Shown here: one piece after another, positions 29,990-42,255 of the stretch
How the letters are laid out: the number at the start of each line of letters is the position of its first letter
How positions within the stretch are numbered: the stretch's first letter is position 1
NCBI GenBank assembly: GCA_951406725.2
Contig: OX597817.1
Coordinates: 124,806,001 to 124,870,000, forward strand
DNA from: Octopus vulgaris
Lineage: Eukaryota
Direction of reading: 5' to 3'
DNA: 64,000 bases
Program-made: the position numbers and the translations under genes
The notes under the pieces: model-generated
What the model was told of the DNA's origin: nothing
What the model saw: the letters and a program-made list of their open reading frames with translations, nothing else
Database searches by the model: none

Positions 29990-31136
29990 TAACTTAGGAT
30001 GTCTCATAGATAGTGGTGGCAATGGTGTTGGAGGTAGAAGATGTGGTTATCATGGCAGTGGTGGTGTAGTGGTGACAGTGAATGTGTATGATGGCAGCAA
30101 TTATAGTGTTGGTGTTTTTGTAGAGATGGTGGTGGTGGTGGTGGCGGCGGCAGTGGATGATAATGATTATGATGATGATAGTAGTAGTAGCATTGATTAT
30201 GTTAGGATGTCTCATGGATGGTAGTGTTGAAGTCATTGCAGAGTGTAGTGGTGGTGAAATTGGTGATTTTGAATATGATGCTGGTATTGATCTTGGGGTT
30301 GTGGTTGCAGAAGATGGTTGTGGTGGTGGCATTGGAGGTTGTAGTAATGGTTGTAGTGGTGGTTGTGAAGATGATTCTGATATTGATAGTCTTTGCATTG
30401 AGGTGGTGGCAGAGTCAGAGTAAATAATAAGAGCCCAGTTAACACAAGATTCTTAAATTTCGGAGATTATAAGATAGAGAGCAAGAAGTTAAAAGTTCCA
30501 ATACTGGCCCAATACCTACACCCCAGATTCTTCAACTATTTTATAAGAAAAGGGTTAATGGCAGGATAGGGATTCAGCTTTAAAATAAATTGTATAACAA
30601 AAAATACATAAATAAATTACTGCTCCAACGATGTAATTTTAGTATGTGTGTATGTATGTATGTGTGTGTGTGTGTGTGTAAGCAATGCAAACAATGGAAA
30701 ATAATTTAAACACTCATTTTCTGATGTCTAAGGATGGATATTTATGCGTATGAATCTTTTTCTTTTTATTTTCTTTCAAATATAATTCTAGGGAACTGAA
30801 AAAGCTGTGTACGATGCCAAGCGAATTTACGATGAGCGGATGTTTACGTTACAAACGAATCTGTAGGTCTGTTTACATGTTTACGTTAACTACGTCACAA
30901 AATAGCTGTTTACGTCACAGTAACAATATTTTGAGAGGCAGTAAATAATATGAGGTCGAAAGAAAGAATACCATTGGTTAAAATTCGAATTATTAAACAA
31001 CGTTAAACTTAGAAATTACAATTCCGTTTTCAATTTGGTTTACAATTATGTTTTCTTTTGACACATTCTACCAGTATACGAAGTTTCAAATTGTTTAGTT
31101 AACTAGGAAAATCTGGCCTTCAAACTGAAAAGATCC
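29990..31136 (-). mobile_element. Second copy of the GGATC-terminated MITE family, opposite orientation
   Basis: 30871-31136 is a highly similar reverse complement of 17767-18031. 30040-30229 is the reverse complement of 18386-18510. Confidence 0.7.
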
Positions 31137-31392
31137 TTAAATATACCATATTTTTACACACATGCACACCTTTATAAATACATATACATATACACACATT
31201 AGCATTTATAAGTATATGTATATATTTATATATATATATATATACTCATGCACGTGCACACATATATACATACATCCACATATATATACATGTATATATA
31301 TATACATATACACACACACATACATGCATACTCTTGCACACACACACACACACATATATATATATGTATATATATTTTATTTTATAGAAGGA

Positions 31393-31441
31393 ACTTCTAC
31401 AGGACTAGAACTGTTTCATTCAAATGAAATCTTCAGGAAGC
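31393..31441 (-). ncRNA. Type I hammerhead ribozyme
   Basis: CTTC-CTGAAGA-tTTCatttGAAt-GAA-ACAG-ttctagtc-CTGT-A-GAAG: stems I-III all present, GUA site. Confidence 0.75.
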
Positions 31442-31957
31442 TGGCTGTCAAAATAAGTTCTGGTATTTATGCATTTAGGCAGATTTAATGGAGTGGTGGT
31501 GGGGGACGTTTTTTGGGTAGGTTGGTATTTAGGAGATAAACAGGGCACAAGCTATTGTTCTTAGAGGAGTCGTCCAAAAGCCAGAGTGTTATGTGAAATG
31601 AGAAGAATCAGTGAGAAAATAAATAAATGAATAAGTAGAATAAATGAATAGAAACAGATATATGGGATGGGATTTTAGGTAAATTAGAAGACAATTGCTT
31701 TTTGGTGGTCAAGAAGAGGTAGGCAGTTTGCTATTGTTAGGTGGAGGGAATAAATAGATAAATATACATGAAAAAACATATAAAATAAATATACATACAA
31801 ACACACATACATACACTTGCGAATATACATATGTATACATACATATGCACATACACATACATACATATATATATACATACACATATATATATATATATAC
31901 ATATATATACATATACATATACATACATACACCTACATACACACACACGCACATATA

Positions 31958-34204
31958 TCTCTTATTATAAAAGGCAGATTTTATCTGCCTCCCTTTGTCA
32001 GTTATAGAAATCTACAATATAGGATTTCTTCAATTACAATTTACTTAGCATTTTTAAGAGTAGAATGCATCGGGTTTTGCCAGGTCCACTTTTTAAAATT
32101 TAAACTCCAATTAAGCAAAATTTACAGAAAACTCACATTCTGGTGTGTATGTCAAATGCTTTTCTTAATGTGTTTTACACCACACGCACACGCACACACA
32201 CAGTGTGCAACGAATAAAATGAAAGTAATTCACCTTTTGTAGTGAGTGACTCTTTCAGTCTGCCACTTCCTCTTTACACACATAGACACGCAAATATATA
32301 AATAAAATTGTAAGCTAACGTGCGTGTGTGTGAGTGTGTGTGTGTGTGAGGGTGCGTGTGTGTGTGTGTGTGTGTGCGTGCGTGCGTGTGCGTGAGTGTG
32401 TGACAGGAAAGTATTTTAGGACGAATATAAGACCTATATCGGCGATGTTTCGCTTGTCGTAGCACAGGTTTCCGTCGATTTCCGTAAAAAACTTTTATTT
32501 TTTTACATAAGTAATGAGAGCGAAAGAGACTAAGAGAAAGCGATTGCATGACGAGGGAAGTTCTTTTGAAGTTACCGTGCATGGGACGCATTGATGTACA
32601 TGTGTGTGTGTGTGTGTGTGTTTGATGGAGTGTGGGAGACAGACAGTATGTTGTGTAAGTGAAGTGCTTCTGTTAGTGTGTGTGAAGAGACAGAGAGAGT
32701 AATGTGTGAAAGAGAGAGATAACTGAAATTTTTTACTCGGTTTATGTGTATATGTATGTATGCATGTATGTGTGTGTGTGTGTGTATGTATGTGTGTGTG
32801 TATGTATGTATGTATGTATGGCCGATTCAGTGTTTACATTTTTTACGGAAATCGACGGAAACGTGTGCTACGACAAGCGAAACATCGCCCCTATATCCAA
32901 GTAACAGAAAGATCGCCCAAAAGTGTATATAGATATTTAAATGTATTTATATATTCATCTATACACAGATGTATGTATAATGTGTGTGGATATATTTCCA
33001 TACACGTAACCATTCACTCCGCACAAAGTTTTTTAGGACGAAAATAAGATCTAAAGTTATCTCTAAGTAGCACAGAGATCGCCCAAAAGTGTATATAGAT
33101 ATATAAATGTATTTATATATTCATCTATGCACACATGTATGTATAACGTGTGTGTATATATTTCCATAGAGGTAACCATTCACTCCATACAAAGTTTTTT
33201 AGCACGAAAATAAGATCTAAAGTTATCTCTAAGAAACAGAAAGATCGCCCAAAAGTGTATATAGATATTTAAATGTATTTATATATTCATCTATACACAC
33301 ATGTATGTATAATGTGCGTGTATATATTTCCATAGAGGTAACCATTCAATCCATACAAAGATTTTTAGGACGAAAATATTTATATATAAAAGAAAGGTTG
33401 TGTGTCTGTCTACTCCGATTTAGATTCCTAACTACTCCCACATTTTGCGATGCAGTTTAACCAAAACCGGGTATCTTATAGTCGTGATTCATATCGAGCC
33501 CTTCTGGGTATTAGCGCGCGTCTACGATGAGTCTATGATTTTACAAATAATTTACCATCATTTTTTTCCATTTTAATGCATATTTTTAAAAATAAACGGA
33601 AGTAACTCTCAAACTTCACACCAATATGCGTGCTCATATGCGACATTTCCTCACACCCTCCTTGCACTTGGCGAAGGCAAAATACCAGGGGATGAAAATG
33701 GTAATATTGCCATCGATTCCATTTGTACCATTGTTAAGACGCCTTCTGATCTCAGAGATGCAGTGTTCCCAGATCTACAAGCTAATTATCAGAATATGGA
33801 TTGGATTGGCAAAAAGGCTATGCTGGCCCCGTGGAATAAAACTGTTCACCATATTAATGATGAAATGCTAAAACTCATTCCTGGGGAAGTCTATGTATAT
33901 CAGTCTATCGATACAACTCCTGACCCAGAGGACGTCATCAACTATCCAATAGAGGTACTCAATTCCTTTGAGCACCCCGGACTACCACCACACTTTCTCA
34001 AACTTAAAGTTGGTGCCCCTATAATGCTCATCAGAAATTTGGTTCCCCCAAAACAATGCAATGGCACACGTTTGATCGTTAAGTCCTTATCTCCCACCGT
34101 AAGCTTATATCAATATTTGCCTGAATAATCATCATAATTCAGTGCAATCATTAACAGTACTTTCAAGCAATTTAGCCCAGAGCAACGCCGGGCAATTCTG
34201 CTAG
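31958..34204 (+). mobile_element. Composite Helitron with PIF1-like helicase fragment
   Basis: A|TC start and 3' GCCCAGAGCAACGCCGGGC hairpin plus CTAG|T. Internal 166-bp tandem repeats (about 32910-33380) and a second Helitron 5' end at about 33378. Confidence 0.8.
33640..34100 (+). pseudogene. Helitron RepHel PIF1-family helicase fragment
   Basis: AMLAPWNKTVHHIN...YPIEVLNSFEHPGLPPHFLKLKVGAPIMLIRNLVPPKQCNGTRLIV is the typical PIF1/Helitron helicase 2B-domain signature. Confidence 0.9.
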
Positions 34205-34564
34205 TATATATATATATATACATATACAAATACATATAAGTATACATACATAAATATACCTACGTACATATAAACATATACATAATTATGCATATATATA
34301 CACATGCCCATTCATATGCATACATATATACCCATACGTACAAGCATACACACACATACATACATACATGTACACACACACAATATATATTTAAAAGAGA
34401 AGTTAAGTTATGAATTACCAAATAAATTCCATCAAACAGAATATATTTTTGCAAAAGAAAAAACAAAATTATATTAGTGGTGAAAATTACTAATCATGAT
34501 ATTAACTTATAGTGAATTTCAAAAATTTTTAAGGAAGGAGTGCCAAAAATTCTATTAGTTTCTT

Positions 34565-34871
34565 GATTACGGGCTTGTTCCTTCTCAAGCTTTGCCTGGC
34601 TCATAAGGGCCAATTTCCTGGTTTCCATGACATATAGGTTCCCTACCTGGACAGGACGGCAGTTCATCACAGTTGAACTGCAAGATGCAGGAGGAAAGAA
34701 GAGAAATTTGTGGTGAAAGAGTCAGCAGAAGTTCGGCATTACCTTCTGCCAGAGCCGCATGGAGCTTAGGTGTTTCACTCATAAACACACACATCGCCTG
34801 GTCTGAGATTCGAACCCGCAATCCCTCGACTACGAGTCCGCTGCTCTAACCACTAGGCTATGTGCCTCCAC
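34565..34871 (-). mobile_element. tRNA-derived SINE (family A-like head)
   Basis: Minus-strand head GTGGAGGCACATAGCCTAGTGGTTAGAGCAGCGGACTCG...GGTTCGAATC matches 927-1000. Another related head lies at about 41281. Confidence 0.8.
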
Positions 34872-34910
34872 TGTTGATTACTTAGTACATTGTTATATGT
34901 TGGTCTGTAT

Positions 34911-35200
34911 CAGTGTTTCTCAACCAGAATCCATATGACTCCTGGGGCATCCAGATAAGATGTTTTAGGGTCCACATAAGCAAAACAGTAAATTAGAGAT
35001 CCACAATAGAATTTAAGAGATCCCTAAAAAAAAATGTTGTTTTATATGTATTTAAAGCAAGAAACAGGTAAATTTCTTCCTAGCGTGAAAAAGAAGTATC
35101 TATAAAATTTGATTAAAAACATTGAATGGCTACAGGGGTCCACCAGAATAAAATAGTAATTAAAAGGTGTCTGTAGATGAAAAGTGGTTGAGAATGACTG
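34911..35200. mobile_element. hAT-type MITE
   Basis: TIRs CAGTGTTTCTCAACC and GGTTGAGAATGACTG. 8-bp flanks GTCTGTAT and GTCAATAT (6/8 identical). Confidence 0.75.
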
Positions 35201-35317
35201 GTCAATATGAAGAGGTAATAGCAAAGTATGAAAGGAAATTGAATTTATCTATTTTTATGAGGGAATCCCAATTAACTAGGAGATATATGCAAGAAAATAA
35301 AAAATATTCTACTATAT

Positions 35318-35724
35318 AGGCACAGGAGTGGCTGTGTGGTAAGTAGCTTGTTTACCAACCAAATGGTTCCGGGTTCAGTCCCACTGCGTGGCACCTTGGG
35401 CAAGTGTCTTCTACTATAGCCTTGGGCTGACCAAAGCTTTGTGAGTGGATTTGGTTGACGGAAACTGAAAGAAGCCCGTCGTATATATGTATATATGTAT
35501 ATGCGTGTGTGTGTTTGTGTGTCTGTATTTGTCCCCCTAGCATTGCTTGACAACCGATGCTGGTGTGTTTATGTCCCCGTTACTTAGCAGTTCAGAAAAA
35601 GAGACCGATAGAATAAGTACTGGGCTTACAAAAGAATAAGTCCCAGGGTTGAGTTGCTCGACTAAAGGCGGTGCTCCAACATGGCCGCAGTCAAATGACT
35701 GAAACAAGTAAAAGAGTAAAGAGT
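35318..35724 (+). mobile_element. SINE family B (tRNA-like head, CCTTGGGCAAGT core, internal microsatellite, GTAAAAGA tail)
   Basis: Multiple homologous copies in the window: about 36350-36565, 38064-38455, 43245-43375, 45705-46103, 51455-51615 and 52845-53250 (minus). Confidence 0.85.
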
Positions 35725-38700
35725 ATACTTACATGTTATATATATATATATATGAGTAGTATAATCATAATTTGTTATACTTATTTATTAGGTTAGAGCT
35801 ATATTTAAGAATCTGTAGCATTTCATCAAGGCATAAATTACACCTAAAATTCCCTCCATTATACACTAGGGCAATACCAAATGCAAAACATTCTTTAGAG
35901 TATTTAATATTATTCTTGTTGAGGTTCCAAATAAACTTATTTAATGAATATGTATACATAACTACATACAAACATACACATGCAAGCACACATACATGCA
36001 CTCTCTCTCTCTCCTTCTCTCTCTTATGCACACACACACACACACACACACATACACACAATACCACTTTGCCAATATCAGGATCCAATAGTTAGTTGTT
36101 GCAACACAGTTTACTTAAAATTTTATTTTGGTTCATGGGAGCAACTGCCTTTCAAAGCCTCATATTGTCATTAATTACTCAAAATGAGGAGTAGATGGAC
36201 TGCCAACAACTGATGAAGGGTCGTTCTTTATGTTACTTGTCTTGTTTTCCATTTGTTTCTCTCATTCGCATACCCAAATTTTTCTTCATATTTCATGTTC
36301 TTTACGTTTTATGATATTCTGTACCCATGCATATATATGTATTTTATGAGTGACTGTGTAGTAAGTAGCTTGCTTCCCAACCACATGGTTTTGGGTTCAG
36401 TCCTACTGTGAAGCTCCTTGGGCAAGTGTTTTCTGCTATAGCCTCGTGCCGACCAAGCCTTGTGAGTGGATTTGTTGGACGGAAACTGAAAGAAGCCCGC
36501 CATATATGTGTGTGTGTGTGTGTTTGTATCTGTGTTTGTTCCTCCAGCATCGCTTGACAACTGATGCTGTAATATATTGAAGCATAATTTCCATGGTCCT
36601 CTTGCAAATGCAAAATTTCAGCCATTTTCAGTAAGTAGCAAATATCTTGAAAAAATCTTTCTTTCTCTCACACATGTTGAATATTTTATTAGCTGCTTTT
36701 TGGGGAATCAATAATGTTCCATTTTGTTAGTGTGAAATGTTATAAATTTCTCTGATATCATACTGCTTACAAATTTGAAATTTTGCATTATTTGTCTAAC
36801 TTATTATTTTTTTTTTATTTGAACCAGTTTGTAGACTTGGTTTCTCAAAATTAGCAGTGAATGTGAAAAAATTTCAATTCCTTGAGAGAGCAAAATACCA
36901 AAATTTCTGCTGTATTTTGACTTAAATTTTGACACTTCAGTAAGTGTCAAATATTGTGAGAATTATTCGCTTTCTTTTTCTAAAATATCCTCAGATATTT
37001 TACAAATGATTTCTGTTGCCAATCTCAGGACATTGGAGCCTTACAAAGGAGATTACAAAGGAGTGAAATATTTGGTGCCTTGCTATACTCAATAACACTT
37101 GGCCATTACAGTAGAATTATTAATGCTCTTCTTGTGGCTGAAAAGGTTTTTTGCCTTGCAAATTCCCTCATGCTAGTTCATGTAAAAGCAGGTGTGCCAG
37201 ACCACGTAAGAAGCACACATGCATGTGCAGTGTATAAAGTACTCAGTGCACTTTATAAAGTAGTTGGCATTAGAAAGGGCATCCAATCATAGAAACCAAG
37301 CAAACCAGGCTGGATCCTGGTGCAACTCTCCAGCTTGCCAGCTCTAGTCAAGCAATCCAGCCCATACTAGCATGGAAAACAGACATAAATGATGGTGATG
37401 GTGATTATGTGTAATTCATTTCATATTTTTATTATGGAAAGCATAAAATTCCTGTGTCAACCTAGTCTCAACCGTTTTCTGTCCTTATTGTTTTACTGTG
37501 ATAGATATCTGTAACTGAAAGTGATGTGAATCACATGATTCAATCATATAATGGTGTTTAATTTAAATTTTTAACAGAATTTTTATTAAATTCAAGAGTT
37601 TTTGAACAACAAAGTACAGTAAGAAACCAAATTAATAAATTCTGTAAACAACAAATCAAAAAATTTGTTTACTCATTACTTAGTTTTTCTATTGCTGTGA
37701 GGGCAAATATTTCTTGTCAATTTTGCAGCCATAATTATGGCAGCAAGCTGGCTGAATTGTTGCCACACAGGCAACCTGCTTCCCACCATCTTATGGTCTG
37801 AGGTCAAAATTTGCTGCAGTTGACTTTGCTTTTTCTCCTTTCAGGGTTGATAAAATAAGTACCAGTTGCATACTGTTTTCCCTATAATTGACTTACCTCT
37901 TCCTCAGATTTGCGGGCCTTGCACCAAAATTTGAAACCAATATTGCTGCAATAAATACAATTTAGTCCTGCTATTACATTTAGAATATCACCTTTTGTCT
38001 ACGCTTCTTTCTATATTTAACTCATTAGCATTTTAACTAGACATATCTGGCCTAAATATACAGGCAGATGTGTGGTTCTGTGCTAAAAAGTTTGCTTCCC
38101 AACCCCATGGTTTCTGGTTCAGTCCCATTGCATTGCACCTTCTACTAGAACCTCAGGCCAACCAAAGCCTTGTGAATGCATTTGGCAGATGGAAACTGAA
38201 AGAAGCCCTTTGTGTATATATATATGTATATATATTTATGTGAGTGTGTGTTTAAGTTTGTGTTTGTCCCTCATCCACCATCTGATGTTGGTGTGTTTAT
38301 GTCCTTGAAACTTAGCAGTTCAGCAAAAGAGACTGATAGAATAAGTTCTAGGCTTACAAAGAATAAGTCTTGGTGTTGATTTCTTCGACTAAAGGCAGTG
38401 CTCCAGCATGGCCACAGTCAAATGTCTGAAACACGTGAAAGAGTAAAAGAGTAAAGTTGTTTTATGTTCAAACCAGCCATATCCAACCTCTCACACCTAT
38501 ACATCAATGTCATTCTAATAATAAACAATTGCATCATCAAAATCTCAAAGTTAAGACATAATGCATGATTAATTCAAAACAATGTGAATAAATAATGATT
38601 ACATTTGACAGAGCTATCTGAATACTAAAGGATTAAACATAACTTGTAGAGCGTGGTTCCTGTAAGCATGAAATGTAAACTATTTTCAGAATTTGGGGAA

Positions 38701-39227
38701 AATAAAAAATGCTGAAATTTCGTTTTATTTTTCTAAATGTATTATTGATAAAAGTGGAGATGATGGATTAGCAAAGATCGAGTCCTTGACTAAATGTCTT
38801 ATGTCTCTTTCTTGTGAGATTAAACCATCTAATTTTGATGGATGAAAGTCAGAAACTACTTTAGTGTAATGGGATAGAAAAAAGGCAGGAAGCTACCTGT
38901 GGGGTTCAGAATATACATCTACTGCAACCAATACAGTATTCATAATACCATTACATTAAAGTAATTTCCAACTCCCATCAATCCAAATTAGATACTTTAA
39001 TCTACTATTGAGCTATTATTTATAAATGGTTTCACATAAAAGATACATCATTCATAAAAATTTATTTACATGTCTTATAGTATTCAGTATCATTACACTG
39101 GATTCCACTATCTGACAAAGAGCTGGGTCCTGTCTACAGACCATCATTGTAATTGTGATGTATGACAGTACATAATTATATATATTCCTTTAAAATTAAA
39201 TACTGTATTATTTTATTGCTCTTACTG

Positions 39228-39600
39228 ATAACTACTCTAGTGTTTCATATTCATAAGAATTCCTTCTTGCAAATCAGCCTGTGTGAATTTTCAAAACCTC
39301 TGATGTCCCTATAGAATAAACATCAAGTATGATTACATTCTCCCAAAATAAATGACTCTTGTCTTCTTTTAAATGGGTGCTAATTATTTTGACTTTGATA
39401 ACTTTACTGCCTATAATCTACTTCTAGTGTTTCAGATTCATAAGAATTCCTTCTTGCAAATCAGCCTGTGTGAATTTTCACCAAACCTCTTGTGTCCCTA
39501 TAGTAAACATCAAGTATAGATTACATTCTCCCAATTTGCCAAAGACTCTAGTCTTCTTTCTTGCTAGCCAGTTATTTTGACTTTGTAGGCTTTACTGCCT
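39228..39600. repeat. Diverged tandem duplication, unit about 187 bp
   Basis: CTAGTGTTTCA.ATTCATAAGAATTCCTTCTTGCAAATCAGCC occurs at 39237 and 39424. Confidence 0.9.
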
Positions 39601-41619
39601 CATTTGGAATCTCTTCCCAATTGTTTCTACAGATTTTATTTATGAGAACTATGTCATTTACATGTAAACACAAATAATTTGAAAATCTTATTCAACATCG
39701 TTAAAGATGAGCTTAATAATTTGAAATATCTACTTTCTATTGTTCAGCATATCTAAATCTAAAGGATTTATTTAAAACGCTAGAAATCACAGTCAAATCT
39801 TCCTCAAAATACATACCATCATCTTATGAAAGAAGTATTTATTTGATAATGTAATAATCTACTATTACACTAGTAATACATAGACTATGGCTAAAAAGAA
39901 CATGGTGTTCATAACTGAAACAGTTTTGATCATAGCTTCTTTTCCATTATGTGGGGACTAAACAGCAGTTTTTTTGTTGGGTAGGAAAATACTATTTGAG
40001 TACAAGATCATTATTTAGATTATTGATCAATTTTATAGCTATTTATCAATATCTATTACAATGATAGAGGGCCTTTTATTTGAGTAATATTTTACTATTA
40101 CTAAGACACATTTATTTATTTCTGACCTGAGTATCAAGCATAATAGTTTATTTCAGTATTGCTGCTTCTGTTAAAAGTTTAACAGCGAATCAATTTTAGT
40201 CATACACGATTTTTGACCAGATAAATGTAAGAGAAAACTTTGGCAAAAACATACAATAAATATAATAAAACAGTTAAAATACATTTACATTCATGAATTA
40301 TTCAGTTAAAAAGATTTATCAAGGTAAGTATGTAAACTATTTTAATACATCTGAGAAACTTTCTCTGGGCAATGATATATCGATGTCTGAAAAATATTAT
40401 AGGATAATGCCAAATAATTTTGCTTTATATTGTTTCCGCTATTAACCCACAAATAGGAAATATTTGCTATTCTTTGACTGATCAGGAAATTTGGTCAGGA
40501 TTAAATGGACAGCAAGCAATTCAACTTTTCTAATAAAGAATAAATCTCAACTCATATTAATATTAAGAATGTGTCTCTGACTATGTATTATTTCATGTAA
40601 ATTGAATGCTAAGACAAAATCTATCATATTCTAGATAAGGGAAATTTGGAAATCAATTCACATTTGTTTTCTTTCTTTAGATTTATATTTGTTGGGTTTT
40701 ATTCTCTTCTATTATTAATTGGATGGTTCTGCAAATAGGGTTTTGTGCTTAAAATGTAGGAGCTGGAGACTGTGCAGATAGAATGTCATCATTATGTTAA
40801 AGAAGAAATATTATTTATCTCTATAAAATACGCATACTTAATCTCTTTTCTACAGCTAATCTTTTATTTCTTATAAAAAAAGAAAATATTATTTTATTAA
40901 ATTATGGAATAAGTTATTAGTTCTGTATGACAAAATTTTATATTTAAAGGTATTTTATTATAGTTTAATTTACTTTATCCATAAATGCACATATGCTACT
41001 CAAAAATGATGAACACTGAGCAAATAATTTCATTTTTAATAAGAAATATAAAAGGAACTATTAATAATTATAATTTACTTATAGATTGGAAAAATGCTTT
41101 ACAGTATTTGTTCTAGCCCTTTATATTCAAATCCTGCTGAAGTTAACTTTGCCTGTCATTCTTCAATAGTCAATAAAATAAAATACCAGTAACACACTGT
41201 AAATCATTGGCACTGTCCCATATCCTCTCCTCAAACTGCTGGCCTTGTGCCTAAAGTAGAAAGCATTATAATTTGCTTATGTGAAGGCACATGGCTCAGT
41301 GGCTAGAGCATCAGGCTCAAAATCATGTGGTAGTGAGTTCGATTCCTGGACTGGGCTGTGTATTGTGTTCTTGAGCAAGGCACTTCATTTCATGTTGTTC
41401 CAGTTCACTCAACTGTAGAAATGAGTTGTGGTATCACTGGTGTTGAGCTGTATTGGCCTTTGCCTTTCCCTTGGATAACATTGGTGGTGTGGAGAAGGAA
41501 GGCTGGTATGCATAGGCAACTGCTGGTCTTCCATAAACAACCTTGCCTCGACTTGTGCCTTGGAAAGGAACTTTCTAGGTGCAATCCCATGGTCATTCAT
41601 GACCAAAGGGAATTTTTAC

Positions 41620-42255
41620 TTCAGTCTGATTTGGCATGGCTTCTACGGCTGGATGTCCTTCCAAATGCCAACCACTTTACAGAGCGTGCTGGGTGCTTTT
41701 ATATGGCACTGCACGGGCACTTTCATGTGGTGCTGCATAGGTGCTCTGATGAGGTACCACACAGGCACTTTTGTGTGACACTGCACAGGTGCTTTTATGT
41801 GGCACTGCAATGGTACTTTTATGCGGCACCACTATAAGTGCTTTTCACCACCAGAGAGACCAGTCTTAACACTTCTGCAGCAGAGTACATGTTTTCTAGA
41901 GTACGAAGCATCTCAGCTCTTTCTTATCTCAACTGCAAGGTTCAGCATCCTGAGGTCATTCTTCAATACATCACCCCATGTCTTCCTGGATCTCCCACTT
42001 CCACGTGTTCCATCTGCTTTGAGAGATTGGCACTTCCTTATGGAGCTGTCAGCATCCATCTGCATCACATGACCAAACCAGTGTAGTCTTCTCTCTTGCA
42101 TACAAGTGATTCCTCTTATACCTAGCTCCTCTCTCAAAACACTAACACTCTGTTGAACATGTACACTCATATTACACATCCAGCAGAGCATACTAGCCAC
42201 ATTCCTTACTAACCTTCACATGTTCTCTGCATTCAGGTCCAACGTCTTATCACCA
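41620..42255 (-). mobile_element. RTE-clade LINE 3' fragment
   Basis: LREELGIRGI...ERRLHWFGHVMQM...GRSRKTWGDVLKNDL followed by the common 3' UTR. Confidence 0.85.

Noticed and set aside
29976-30445. Gly/Val/Asp-rich or Pro/Thr-rich ORFs
   Set aside because: Degenerate trinucleotide (GGT/GAT) repeats inside a repeat-family copy also present inverted at 18386-18510.
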